Below, piece by piece: positions 7,744-17,677 of a stretch of DNA of 38,162 nucleotides (position 1 is the first letter of the stretch; every line of letters starts with the position of its first letter). The notes under the pieces are model-generated. The model had not been told where the DNA came from, ran no database searches, and was given only the letters and a program-made list of their open reading frames with translations. The stretch is from the NCBI GenBank assembly GCA_943326765.2, contig CALPUN020000001.1:1-38162 (forward strand), written 5' to 3'. Both the position numbers and the translations under genes were made by a program. This DNA is from Bifidobacterium breve. Lineage in GTDB: Bacteria; Bacteroidota; Bacteroidia; Flavobacteriales; Flavobacteriaceae.

Positions 7744-7773
7744 CAAAGATAACTTTCAAGAATTAAATAGCAA
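7744..7773 (-). promoter_or_regulatory. Bacteroidota housekeeping-sigma promoter of the nuo operon
   Basis: TTG (7773-7771), 19-nt spacer, TATCTTTG (7751-7744); matches TTG-N19-TAnnTTTG. Confidence 0.75.
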
Positions 7774-7930
7774 CGAAAAAATAAAAATTCATTTGAAATT
7801 GAGCCGTGTCATTTCTTAATTTTTATTGATTATAAATAAGTAAGGTTTTTCTTTTACGAATTGTTTTGAAGATTTTAAGGAGATGCTGCCATGAAATCAA
7901 TAAATACAAAATTGGAGTGGGCTTGTAAGC

Positions 7931-7963
7931 AAAAAAAAACGTTCCGAAATTAATCGGAACGTT
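7931..7963 (-). terminator. Intrinsic terminator of the cold-shock gene
   Basis: AACGTTCCGA/TCGGAACGTT 10-bp stem with a T-run on the minus strand. Confidence 0.85.
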
Positions 7964-7996
7964 AAACATTCTAGGCAACAAAAATAATGTTATATT

Positions 7997-8197
7997 TTAG
8001 TCTTCAAGAGCTACTACTTGAGCAGCAACTTTACCTTTTCTACCTTCTTCTTCTTCGTAGCTTACACGATCACCTTCGCGAAGTTCTTCCGCTTTGATTC
8101 CTGATGCATGAACGAAAATGTCTTTTCCTGTTTCTTCGTCTGTAATGAATCCGTAACCTTTAGATTCATTGAAAAATTTAACTGTACCTGTACGCAT
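7997..8197 (-). CDS. cspA: Cold-shock domain protein
   Basis: GTVKFFNESKGYGFI (RNP1) and DIFVHAS (RNP2); 66 aa; paralog naming uncertain. Confidence 0.92.
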   Translation of the reverse strand: MRTGTVKFFNESKGYGFITDEETGKDIFVHASGIKAEELREGDRVSYEEEEGRKGKVAAQVVALED

Positions 8198-8226
8198 TGT
8201 AATAGTAATAATAATTTATAATGATG

Positions 8227-8234
8227 CAAATGTA
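8227..8234 (-). promoter_or_regulatory. -7 promoter element of the cold-shock gene
   Basis: TACATTTG on the minus strand, about 30 nt upstream of ATG. Confidence 0.65.
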
Positions 8235-8325
8235 ACTTTAAATATAATACGAAAGCTACTCCCGTGGTACTATTTTGTAAAAATTATTGATATTCAGCGT
8301 TTTCTGTAAAAATTTTGAAAAAAAA

Positions 8326-10077
8326 TTATTTTAAATCCAATTTAATATGCAATTCATTTAATTGGCCTTCATCGATGACGGAAGGGGCGTCAATCATGAC
8401 ATCTCTCCCGGAATTGTTTTTTGGAAAGGCAATAAAATCACGAATTGTTTCTTGTCCGCCTAAAATGGCTACCAATCGGTCCAATCCGAAAGCCAAGCCT
8501 CCGTGCGGTGGCGCTCCAAATTGAAAAGCATCCATTAAAAATCCGAACTGATTACGAGCTTCTTCTTCCGTAAAGCCTAAGTACTTGAACATCAATTGTT
8601 GGGTGGCTTTGTCGTGAATACGAATGGATCCGCCACCGATTTCATTTCCATTCAACACCATATCATAGGCATTGGCGCGTACGGCTTTTGGATTGGTTTC
8701 CAACAATGCCATGTCTTCTGGTTTTGGTGAGGTAAACGGATGGTGCATCGCATGGTAGCGCCCAGTTTCTTCCTCAAATTCTAACAATGGGAAATCAACC
8801 ACCCATAATGGAGCAAATTCGCTTGGATTTCTCAATCCTAATCGTGTTGCCAATTCCATTCGCAAAGCTGAAAGTTGTGTTCTGGTTTTATCCGCTGGAC
8901 CTGACAGTACAAAAATCATATCGCCGGCTTTGGCTCCAGTTACTTTGGCCCAGTTCGACAAATCGTCTTGGTCGTAGAATTTATCAACCGATGATTTATA
9001 GGTTCCGTCTTCGTTGCATTTCACATAAACCATTCCGGAAGCTCCAATTTGAGGGCGTTTAATCCAGTCGATTATGCCATCAATTTCTTTTCGAGTGTAT
9101 TCTCCAGCTTTAGGAACTGCAATTCCGACTACCAATTCGGCACTATTAAAAACACCAAAATCTTTATTTTGGGCTACGGCATTCAATTCGCCAAATTCCA
9201 TTCCGAAACGAATGTCTGGTTTGTCATTTCCGTAGGTTTTCATCGCGTAATCATAGGTAATTCTTGGGAATTTTTCTACTGCAACGCCTTTAATTTCTTT
9301 CAACAAATGTCGTGTCAATCCTTCAAAAACATTGAGAATGTCTTCTTGTTCTACAAACGCCATTTCGCAATCGATTTGGGTGAATTCCGGTTGACGGTCG
9401 GCACGCAAATCTTCGTCACGGAAGCATTTTACAATTTGAAAATACTTGTCCATGCCGCCTACCATCAACAATTGTTTGAAGGTTTGTGGCGATTGTGGTA
9501 AAGCATAAAATTGCCCTTCATTCATTCGCGAAGGCACTACAAAATCCCTTGCGCCTTCTGGTGTTGATTTGATTAAATAGGGTGTTTCCACTTCACAAAA
9601 ATCCAAATCGGACAGGTATTTTCGCACTTCCATGGCTACTTTATGACGGAAAAGCAAGTTGTTTTTTACGGGATTTCTACGAATATCAAGGTAACGGTAT
9701 TTCATTCGAATGTCTTCGCCGCCATCAGTATCGTCTTCTATGGTAAAGGGTGGTGTGAGTGAAGCATTCAAAAGCGTCAATTCGGTTACTAAAATTTCAA
9801 TGTCACCGGTAGGCATGTTTTTGTTTTTGGCTTCCCGTTCGATTACGGTGCCTTTGACTTGAATCACAAATTCGCGACCTAAGGTTTTGGCTTTTTCGAA
9901 AACCGATTTTTCGGTACGACCTTCATCAAAAACCAATTGCGTAATGCCGTAGCGATCTCTTAAATCGACCCAATTCATAAATCCTTTGTCTCTTGATTTT
10001 TGAACCCAACCGGCTAGCGTTACTTCGGTATTGACGTGTGTTGCATTTAATTCGCCACAATTATGACTTCTATACAT
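8326..10077 (-). CDS. aspS: Aspartate--tRNA ligase
   Basis: [10 protein letters not shown] start, [40 protein letters not shown] and [14 protein letters not shown] motifs. Confidence 0.98.
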   Translation of the reverse strand: MYRSHNCGELNATHVNTEVTLAGWVQKSRDKGFMNWVDLRDRYGITQLVFDEGRTEKSVFEKAKTLGREFVIQVKGTVIEREAKNKNMPTGDIEILVTELTLLNASLTPPFTIEDDTDGGEDIRMKYRYLDIRRNPVKNNLLFRHKVAMEVRKYLSDLDFCEVETPYLIKSTPEGARDFVVPSRMNEGQFYALPQSPQTFKQLLMVGGMDKYFQIVKCFRDEDLRADRQPEFTQIDCEMAFVEQEDILNVFEGLTRHLLKEIKGVAVEKFPRITYDYAMKTYGNDKPDIRFGMEFGELNAVAQNKDFGVFNSAELVVGIAVPKAGEYTRKEIDGIIDWIKRPQIGASGMVYVKCNEDGTYKSSVDKFYDQDDLSNWAKVTGAKAGDMIFVLSGPADKTRTQLSALRMELATRLGLRNPSEFAPLWVVDFPLLEFEEETGRYHAMHHPFTSPKPEDMALLETNPKAVRANAYDMVLNGNEIGGGSIRIHDKATQQLMFKYLGFTEEEARNQFGFLMDAFQFGAPPHGGLAFGLDRLVAILGGQETIRDFIAFPKNNSGRDVMIDAPSVIDEGQLNELHIKLDLK

Positions 10078-10095
10078 TGTTGAAATTTTAATGGG

Positions 10096-10103
10096 CAAAT
10101 TTA
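10096..10103 (-). promoter_or_regulatory. -7 promoter element of aspS
   Basis: TAAATTTG on the minus strand, 18 nt upstream of ATG 10077. Confidence 0.65.
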
Positions 10104-10184
10104 AGCATAATTGTGAATTAATAAAGGGGAAATGTAAATTATAAATTGGTTTTACCAATCCGTAGAAGTTCACTAATTTTTAGA

Positions 10185-10266
10185 GGTTGCGTTAGGGATG
10201 GAAGCGGCATCCTGCGCGGTCTTAGCGCAGATAGAGCGAACAGCCCGACCCGCAGGGGAACGCCCT
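10185..10266 (+). ncRNA. GC-rich structured intergenic repeat, Flavo-1-like RNA motif / REP-like element
   Basis: Nested stems GCGTT/AACGC, GGGATG/CAGCCC, ATCCTGCGC/GCGCAGAT and CCC-GCA-GGG; core GATGGAAGCGGCATCC...GAT...ACAGC shared with the element at 23191-23322; Flavo-1 identity recalled, not verified. Confidence 0.5.
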
Positions 10267-10345
10267 TCAAAGATTTCTAATGTTAAGTTTTCATTCTATG
10301 TTACCAAATTGTTAACTAAAAGTTTTTTTAGTGTAAATATTTTTA

Positions 10346-10353
10346 TACATTTG
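10346..10353 (+). promoter_or_regulatory. -7 promoter element
   Basis: TACATTTG 34 nt upstream of ATG 10388. Confidence 0.6.
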
Positions 10354-10387
10354 TTTTGGAATTGTTAAACAATCAAAAACCTACATT

Positions 10388-10708
10388 ATGAAAAAGTATA
10401 TGATCATTGGAGCAGTATTGATTTCTGGAATGATAGCTGCGCAAAAAGTAGCCCCTAAATTGGAAGTTGTGAATAACATGGTGAAAGCGACGTACTACTA
10501 TGATAACGGTCAAATTCAACAAGAAGGGTTCTTTAAAGATGGGAAACTAGACGGAAAATGGATTGCTTATGACACCACGGGTAATAAAAAATCAATTGGA
10601 GAATACAGCAACGGTCAGAAAACTGGAAAATGGTTTTTCTGGAATGAAGCCAACTTAAGTGAAGTGGATTATTCCAACAATCAGATCGCTTACGTAAGTA
10701 AAAATTAA
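10388..10708 (+). CDS. Small secreted MORN-variant repeat (YwqK-like) protein
   Basis: Signal-peptide-like N-terminus MKKYMIIGAVLISGMIAA; repeats YYDNGQIQQEGFFKDGKLDGKW and YDTTGNKKSIGEYSNGQKTGKW. Confidence 0.8.
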   Translation: MKKYMIIGAVLISGMIAAQKVAPKLEVVNNMVKATYYYDNGQIQQEGFFKDGKLDGKWIAYDTTGNKKSIGEYSNGQKTGKWFFWNEANLSEVDYSNNQIAYVSKN

Positions 10709-10727
10709 AAAAATTAAGGTTAATAAC

Positions 10728-10758
10728 AAAAAACCCGTCTAATTCAGACGGGTTTTTT
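10728..10758. terminator. Bidirectional intrinsic terminator
   Basis: AAAAAACCCGTCT-AATTC-AGACGGGTTTTTT between convergent genes. Confidence 0.9.
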
Positions 10759-10776
10759 GATGGGATAAAGTGTAGC

Positions 10777-13700
10777 TTAGTCTTTTAACGCGGTTACTTC
10801 TTTATTATTTTTTCTGTCTCGCAACCAGTATTTAGTGCGTTTGACTAGGTAGAACATTACGGGCACCATCACTAAAGTTAATACCGTGGCATAGGTTAAT
10901 CCGAAGATAATTGTCCAAGCCAATGGTCCCCAAAACATGACGTTATCGCCGCCCATGAAAATGTGCGGGTTCAAATCGGTGATTAAGGAGAAGAAGTCGA
11001 AGTTCAACCCAATAGCTAGTGGAATTAATCCCAAGACCGCGGTTAAAGCCGTAAGCAATACGGGTCGCAATCTTGATTTTCCGCTTTCGATGATTACTTC
11101 TTTGATCTCCTCTAAGGTTAGATCGTCGTGACTTTCGACTTGTTTGATGGCTACTTTTTTGTCTAATAGTAAGACGAAGAAGTCCATTAATACAATTCCG
11201 TTTTTCACTACAATTCCCGCTAGCGAAATGATTCCCATCATGGTCATTAAGATGACAAAATCCATGTTGGCAATAACATAGCCGTAAAAAACGCCACTGA
11301 AACTAAGCAATACGGTAAATAAGATTACTATGGTTTTGGATACCGAATTAAACTGTAATACGATGATAATCGTGATCCCAGCCAAAGCTAAGAATAACGC
11401 ATACAACAAGAAACTTTGATTTTTTCCTTGTTCTTCTTGCACTCCCGAAAACGAATAGGTGACCGTTTTTGGCATTTTGTAGTCTTTTAAATCGGCTTGA
11501 ATTTGTTTGGTAATTTCATCAGCATTGAATCCAGTCAAAACGTTAGAGTAAATCGTCATGATTCGTTTCTGGTTTTTTCTTTTGATTTGATTGTAAGTAT
11601 TCGTTTTCTCGGTGTGTGAAACGGCAGAAATAGGAACTTGCACGATTTGACCGTTATTCGGATTTCTAAAAGTCAACGATTGATTGAACAAGATATTCTC
11701 GTTCTTACGTTGGTCGGCTTGCATTCGCATGGTGATGTTGTAATCGTCATCGCCTTCTTTGAACGTAGAAATTTCTTGACCATACACCGAACGACGCAAA
11801 TTGAATCCGAGTTGCCCTGTTGAAACTCCTAAACTTCCAGCATTAACTCGGTCGACTTTTACTTCCAATTCAGGACTTTCTTTATTAACATCAATACTCA
11901 AGCGCTCGATGCCACCAATTTTTTTAGTGTTGATAAAAGCAATCATTTTGTCAGCTTCTTTCAGCATTTCCTTATAATCGATTCCGGTTAACTGAATACT
12001 AATGGGATAACCGGCCGGGGGTCCGTTAGCATCTTTTTCAACGGTCACGGTTGCTCCAGCAATTTTCTTTACGGTACCTCTAATTTCTTCTAAGATATCC
12101 AATGTATTGATGCCTTTTCGGAACTTAAATTCCGAGAAATTCACCGTTACTTTTCCTTTGTACGGAGTTTCAGAAGCCGATCCGGCATCTACATTTGGGT
12201 TTCCTGCACCAACACCTACTTGCGAAACAATTGATTCGGCAAGGTAATTTTCGTTGGTTTTTGAATCAACGTATTTGCTTAGAATAGCAATCATTTGTTT
12301 TTCTACAAATAGCGTGGCTTTATTGGTTTTGGAAATGTCGGTTCCTTGCGGGTATTCGATATAAGCAATTACTTGATTCGGAATGTTGTCTGGAAAAAAC
12401 AACACTTTTCTTGGGAAAACTCCTAGCAAAATAACGGAGAAAATCAACATTCCGATAATCGTTCCCAACGCCATCCATGCTCTTCTTCCTGTTAAGATTT
12501 TCGCCAAGAAGCTTTTGTATTTGTCTTCCATTCTAGGGAAAAAGCGGTGTTGGAAATCTTGAGTCCATTGGTACAATTTCAATTTGTACAACCACATTAA
12601 TCCTAAGGAAATGATGGCTAAGTGACCAATGGCTTTGGCGAATTTCGAGTCGTAAATATTTCCAAGTAGTACGAAAATTACCGCTACACTAGTAAAAAGA
12701 ATAGAGTATACTTTGGCTGATTTTTTACTTACGTTTTTGTCTTCAATATCCATAGAACCGCCTGTCATAGCTGCATTGACCACCATAGCGACGAATAAAG
12801 AGGCCGATAAGGTTACCGTCAAAGTAATTGGGAAATACTTCATAAATTTTCCCATGGTTCCCGGCCACAAAGCAAACGGTAAAAAGGCCATCAACGTAGT
12901 GGCGGTCGATGAAATTACCGGCCAAGCGATTTCGCCAATACCCACTTTGGAGGCTTGAACTCGTGTCAATCCTTTTTTCATATTGGCAAACACGTTATCG
13001 ACTACTACAATTCCGTCGTCAACGAGCATTCCTAATCCCATAACCAATCCGAAAAGCACCATCGTATTTAGGGTCAGCCCAAAGGCGGAAAGAATACTAA
13101 AGGCCATCAACATCGATAGCGGAATCGCGGCACCCACAAAAAGCGAGTTTCGCAATCCCATGGTAAACATCAACACAATCATGACCAATACAATTCCGAA
13201 GATAATGTGGTTGGAAAGCTCATTTACTTGGTGCTCCACACGAGATGATTGGTCGTTGGTGAGTTTGATTTTTAAATTGGAAGGAAGGTAAGACGTTTTG
13301 GCTTTTTCTAACCGTTCTTTCACTTGATCGATGGCTGAAATCATGTTTTGATTGGAACGTTTCTTGACGTTCAGCATCACTACTTCGGTTCCTTTTTCTC
13401 TGGCGTAAGTTGTTTTTTCTTTCTCTTTAAAACTAATGGCGGCAATATCTTTTAAGTAAACGGTTCCACCATACGATTTCACGATGACGTTTTCAAGTTC
13501 TTTAGGGTCTTTAATTTCGCCGACGATTCGGATGTTATTTCTAGAACCTTGCGAAATCAAGTTTCCACCAGAAAGCGTCATGTTCTCATATTTCACGGCA
13601 TTTTGAATGTCGTCAAACGATACTTGAGCAGCCGTCATTTTGAAAATATCGACCGCAATTTCAACCTCTTTATTATCCACCCCTAGGATGTCTACTTTTT

Positions 13701-14250
13701 TAACTTCTGGAATTTCTTCGATATCATCTTGCAGCAACTCGCCGTATTTCTTAAGTTGTTGGGTCGTATAATTTCCTTGTAAATTAATATTTAAGATGGG
13801 CACTTCTTCCGAAATGTTCAACTCAAAAACACTGGGTTCTACTTTACTCCCGTTGTCCAGATTGGGCCAATCGGTATCGGCTTTTACGATATCGACTTTG
13901 TCTTTGATTTTCGTTTTTGCGATATCCACCGACACTTTATCAGCAAATTCAACGACAATCATTCCGTAATCTTGAAAGGAACTTGATGAAATTTTCTCAA
14001 CACCCGAAATGTTTTTGAACTCTTTTTCGAGCGGTTTTACGATTAGTTTTTCTACATCTTCTGCAGAGTTTCCTGGGAAAACAGAAGAAATATATACTTT
14101 GTTCTCTACGATTTCAGGAAAATCTTCCCGTGGCATCGTAACGTAGGCAATCACTCCTGTGATTACAATTAATAAAGTCAAGATATAAACCGTCACCCGA
14201 TTTTCTACCGCCCAACTTGATATTCCGAATTCTTTACTTTTATGACTCAT
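10777..14250 (-). CDS. RND efflux transporter permease (AcrB/AcrD/AcrF family)
   Basis: 1157 aa; FPGNSAEDVEKLIVKPLE, GMLVDDGIVVVDN, GIVVKNGIVL and RLRPVLLTALTAVLGLIPLA motifs. Confidence 0.95.
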   Translation of the reverse strand: MSHKSKEFGISSWAVENRVTVYILTLLIVITGVIAYVTMPREDFPEIVENKVYISSVFPGNSAEDVEKLIVKPLEKEFKNISGVEKISSSSFQDYGMIVVEFADKVSVDIAKTKIKDKVDIVKADTDWPNLDNGSKVEPSVFELNISEEVPILNINLQGNYTTQQLKKYGELLQDDIEEIPEVKKVDILGVDNKEVEIAVDIFKMTAAQVSFDDIQNAVKYENMTLSGGNLISQGSRNNIRIVGEIKDPKELENVIVKSYGGTVYLKDIAAISFKEKEKTTYAREKGTEVVMLNVKKRSNQNMISAIDQVKERLEKAKTSYLPSNLKIKLTNDQSSRVEHQVNELSNHIIFGIVLVMIVLMFTMGLRNSLFVGAAIPLSMLMAFSILSAFGLTLNTMVLFGLVMGLGMLVDDGIVVVDNVFANMKKGLTRVQASKVGIGEIAWPVISSTATTLMAFLPFALWPGTMGKFMKYFPITLTVTLSASLFVAMVVNAAMTGGSMDIEDKNVSKKSAKVYSILFTSVAVIFVLLGNIYDSKFAKAIGHLAIISLGLMWLYKLKLYQWTQDFQHRFFPRMEDKYKSFLAKILTGRRAWMALGTIIGMLIFSVILLGVFPRKVLFFPDNIPNQVIAYIEYPQGTDISKTNKATLFVEKQMIAILSKYVDSKTNENYLAESIVSQVGVGAGNPNVDAGSASETPYKGKVTVNFSEFKFRKGINTLDILEEIRGTVKKIAGATVTVEKDANGPPAGYPISIQLTGIDYKEMLKEADKMIAFINTKKIGGIERLSIDVNKESPELEVKVDRVNAGSLGVSTGQLGFNLRRSVYGQEISTFKEGDDDYNITMRMQADQRKNENILFNQSLTFRNPNNGQIVQVPISAVSHTEKTNTYNQIKRKNQKRIMTIYSNVLTGFNADEITKQIQADLKDYKMPKTVTYSFSGVQEEQGKNQSFLLYALFLALAGITIIIVLQFNSVSKTIVILFTVLLSFSGVFYGYVIANMDFVILMTMMGIISLAGIVVKNGIVLMDFFVLLLDKKVAIKQVESHDDLTLEEIKEVIIESGKSRLRPVLLTALTAVLGLIPLAIGLNFDFFSLITDLNPHIFMGGDNVMFWGPLAWTIIFGLTYATVLTLVMVPVMFYLVKRTKYWLRDRKNNKEVTALKD

Positions 14251-14332
14251 ATTTTTTGTTATTGGTTATAAATCCTACTGAGGTCACCTTTGGAGTTCCT
14301 TATTCTAGAGGCATTATAACGGTGAGCTTTTT

Positions 14333-15520
14333 TTAGAAATTTAGTTTCATTCCTTCTGAAATGGCATTAACGCCTTCGGTCACAATCCTATCTTCAGCAC
14401 TTAATCCAGTTAGAATTTCTGTGACATTATCAGAAGATTGACCAACAGTCACAATCACTTTTTTAGCAGTTCCGGTTTTGTCTTTAATATCGGTGGCAAC
14501 GAAAACAAATTTATGGCCTTGCCCGTCTTCTTGAATGACATTCGTTGGAACGATAATAGCGTTTTTATTGACGTAGTCGATTACTTTCAGTTTGGCTACT
14601 TGATTTGGGCGCAATAAATTTTCCGTGTTTGGAACGGCTACTTCAATTCCGAAGGTACGGTTGCTTGGATTGATATTGTTGGCCACTTGGCGTACTTTTC
14701 CAACGAAATTTTTCCCTAAAGCAGTCAAATTCACATCTACTATTGTGCCTACTTTCAGTTTGCCAATGTAGGTTTCAGGAATGGAAGTCGAAACATACAT
14801 ATTGTTCAAATTTACTATACGCATCAATCCTTTAATACCGGCTGCAACCACTTCGCCTCTTTCCACAAACACTTCGTCAATGACACCGGTGAATGGTGCT
14901 TTAATGACTGTTTTTCCCAATTGCGCTTTAGCTTGCGCCACGGCTTTTTGAGCGCTGATCATTTGGGTTTGTGCATTTAAGAATTGAATTTCAGAACCAA
15001 TTTTTTGATTCCAAAGATTTTTTTGACGCTCGAAAGTAGTTTTGGCTAAGGCGAATTGATTTTCCAAACTAGCCAATTGTTGACTACCACCACCATCGTC
15101 AATACTTCCTAAAACTTGACCTTTGGTAACGTGTTGCCCAGCAACAGCATTTAAAGTCACTAAAGTACCAGGAACTTCGGGTTGAATTAAGATATTTTCT
15201 TTAGTGTTTACATTTCCTTGAACTTCTAGGTAATGACTAAAAACGGTATCTTTTACTTTTTCAACAGCTACTAATGCTTCTTCTTTTTTAGTATCTAGAG
15301 AAGCAATCGCATCGTCTAGTTTCGAAAGTTCCGCTTGCAATTCGGCTCTTTTCGCATTAATGCTACTCGCATTTTTTGAAGCAATAATCGCATCCACAGA
15401 GGTGCTTGCTTCCTTGCCTGAACAAGCTGCTAAAAGTGTAGCTATGAAAGCTACCAAAACAAACTTTTGCAACAAGGTTTTAAAATTAAGGTTTTGAGAT
15501 TCTGTGTGTATTGATTTCAT
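14333..15520 (-). CDS. RND efflux periplasmic adaptor (MFP) lipoprotein
   Basis: Lipobox LLAACS; GQHVTKGQVLG and IKAPFTGVI lipoyl half-motifs; IIVPTNVI; start could be a few codons later. Confidence 0.93.
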   Translation of the reverse strand: MKSIHTESQNLNFKTLLQKFVLVAFIATLLAACSGKEASTSVDAIIASKNASSINAKRAELQAELSKLDDAIASLDTKKEEALVAVEKVKDTVFSHYLEVQGNVNTKENILIQPEVPGTLVTLNAVAGQHVTKGQVLGSIDDGGGSQQLASLENQFALAKTTFERQKNLWNQKIGSEIQFLNAQTQMISAQKAVAQAKAQLGKTVIKAPFTGVIDEVFVERGEVVAAGIKGLMRIVNLNNMYVSTSIPETYIGKLKVGTIVDVNLTALGKNFVGKVRQVANNINPSNRTFGIEVAVPNTENLLRPNQVAKLKVIDYVNKNAIIVPTNVIQEDGQGHKFVFVATDIKDKTGTAKKVIVTVGQSSDNVTEILTGLSAEDRIVTEGVNAISEGMKLNF

Positions 15521-15543
15521 ATATAGAAAGGTTTTGTGGATGA

Positions 15544-16887
15544 TTATTTTTTATAGATTAATTTTTCTAAAGCCGCTTTTTTGTTGATGATATTCACCAT
15601 CGATTGCAAGTAATTTTGTTGTGCCGTATACAATTGTCTTTGCGCTTCACTAAAGTCGAAACTGGAGGATAGCCCTTCCCCAAATTTGATTTGTTGTTTT
15701 TTCTCGATGCGTTCGGCTAAGTTCAAATTGCTTTTGGAGGTAGCATATTCTTCCGTGCTAAAATCGTATTCGCTTTTGGCATTTTCATATTGCAATCGCA
15801 ATTTTTGCTCCGTTTCTGTTAGTTGGGTTTTGGCTTGTTCTAAAGCTATTTTGGCCTGTTGTGTTTTGGCACTTCTCCCCAAACTGCTAAAAACAGGAAC
15901 GTTTAAACCCACCCCTAAATTGGAAAAGTTATTCCATTTTTGGTCGCCATTAAAGAAGGTGAATTGATTGGCAAAAGCATTGTAACCAAAATTTACATTA
16001 GCCGAAAGCGAAGGCAACGCTTTACTTTTTTGCAATTTCAATTCTAACGAACGTTGCTCTTGAAAATTAGAAGCCATTTGATAATAAATGCTTTCCGTAA
16101 CGTTGAATTCTTTTTGTGAAAAAGCCAAATCCAAATTAGAACCCGTTAGAGTGTCTAGTTTATCGGTTAGTTTTATGTCGGCGTCTATGTCAATTCCAAT
16201 GGTGATTTTTAACATTTTTGTGGCTACGTCTAGCACTCTCTTAGTATTGTTTAGAGCGCTATTGACAGAAGACAAGGTAATTTGAAGTTGTTCAACGTTT
16301 TCTTCTTCAATCAATCCGTTTTTAAAAATCTCCTGTGTGTCCGATAATGTTTTAGATAAAGTAGTTTTGTTTTTTTCAAGAATAGCAATACTTTCTTCCG
16401 CTAACAGTACATTTCCGTAGGCATTGACAACCATTTCCTTTACCTCAATATCGGTTTTTTGTTTGGCATTTTGATAGTACTTCAAATAGGTTTTGGAAGC
16501 TTGAAGCGCCACCAGGTAAGAACCATCAAAAAGCAATTGGCTTAAGGTGGCTCTGGCGTTCATACTGTGTTTTGTTCCGAAAGCGATTGTGGAAACATCT
16601 CCCGCTTTTCCGCCAAAGGCGCCGCCTCCAGTAACACCTTGTTTGGTGTAATCGAAATTGTTGTTATAATCAACACCGGCATTGACTTGAGGCAAACCAG
16701 CCGCAGTGGTTTCCCATTTTTTCTTTTCGGCCGTTTCAATGTCTCGACCCGCATTGATGGCCGAATAATTGTTCGTTAAAGCAAGACGAATCGCTTGATC
16801 AAGATTTAAAGAATAACTTTGATTAGTGGTTTGTGACTTTGCAACAAAAGCAAAGCAGAGTAAAACGAGGAGCATGATTTTTTTCAT
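15544..16887 (-). CDS. TolC-family outer membrane efflux protein
   Basis: Signal peptide MKKIMLLVLLCFAFVAKS; LNLDQAIRLALTNN; duplicated helical repeat with LPQVNAG / LPSLSAN; operon context. Confidence 0.93.
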   Translation of the reverse strand: MKKIMLLVLLCFAFVAKSQTTNQSYSLNLDQAIRLALTNNYSAINAGRDIETAEKKKWETTAAGLPQVNAGVDYNNNFDYTKQGVTGGGAFGGKAGDVSTIAFGTKHSMNARATLSQLLFDGSYLVALQASKTYLKYYQNAKQKTDIEVKEMVVNAYGNVLLAEESIAILEKNKTTLSKTLSDTQEIFKNGLIEEENVEQLQITLSSVNSALNNTKRVLDVATKMLKITIGIDIDADIKLTDKLDTLTGSNLDLAFSQKEFNVTESIYYQMASNFQEQRSLELKLQKSKALPSLSANVNFGYNAFANQFTFFNGDQKWNNFSNLGVGLNVPVFSSLGRSAKTQQAKIALEQAKTQLTETEQKLRLQYENAKSEYDFSTEEYATSKSNLNLAERIEKKQQIKFGEGLSSSFDFSEAQRQLYTAQQNYLQSMVNIINKKAALEKLIYKK

Positions 16888-16900
16888 AAAATGAGGATGA

Positions 16901-17497
16901 TTATAGCGTTGGATTGGATAAGTGTTTTTCAAGTTCAAGAATTCCTTTTGGTGTTGCAATGGCTCTGGAGTGATACTCTAAAGCTTTTCCTTCAAGCTCA
17001 TAAGCTTCTTTTTCTAAAAGTGTATTTTCATTGATAGAAAAAATCAAGGTGTAGTAGAATTTAACAGCGGCTTCGATATTGGTTTCAGGGCGATACAATC
17101 CTTGAGCAATGCCTTTCTCAATGTTTTGGTGGAAAACGTAGGTACAGTCTTCAATTTCGTTTGCTATCATTTTTTGATAGATTTCGGGATAATGTTTTTT
17201 GAGTTGGTATGCGGGTGAATGGTCAAAAGATTGGAACATTTCTTTAAACATTTCTCTCATTTGGAAATTTTCGGCGATGGCATTGTGATTTTGAGCAATC
17301 ACTTCATTCATGAATGTATGGATTTTTTGATGTACGGCTTCCGTTCCTTCCTCTATCAGCATTTCTTTATTGCTGAAATACTTGTAAATCGTTTTTTTGG
17401 AAATACACATTTCACAAGCAATATCATCCATAGTAACACTCTTGAACCCAAGTTTCAAGAACATATTCGTTGCTGTTTTGATGATTTTTTCTTTCAT
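16901..17497 (-). CDS. TetR/AcrR family transcriptional regulator
   Basis: HTH FLKLGFKSVTMDDIACEMCISKKTIYKYFSNKEML; first gene of the efflux operon. Confidence 0.95.
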   Translation of the reverse strand: MKEKIIKTATNMFLKLGFKSVTMDDIACEMCISKKTIYKYFSNKEMLIEEGTEAVHQKIHTFMNEVIAQNHNAIAENFQMREMFKEMFQSFDHSPAYQLKKHYPEIYQKMIANEIEDCTYVFHQNIEKGIAQGLYRPETNIEAAVKFYYTLIFSINENTLLEKEAYELEGKALEYHSRAIATPKGILELEKHLSNPTL

Positions 17498-17551
17498 TTT
17501 AGATGAATTTTTTACAGAATTCAAGCTCTAGACCTCTGAAATTTTCTTCGG

Positions 17552-17591
17552 CAAATGTAATACGGAAACTTTTAATACTAAAATAGTTTCC
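17552..17591 (-). promoter_or_regulatory. Efflux operon -7 element plus candidate TetR operator
   Basis: TACATTTG (17559-17552); inverted repeat GGAAACT...AGTTTCC (17564-17591) overlapping the -33 region. Confidence 0.55.
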
Positions 17592-17677
17592 AAAGTGTTT
17601 ACAATTATTTAACATTTGATTGTGACGTGCTCTTTGCATTGCAGACCGAATACTGTAAATTAGCCAAAAATTATTTT

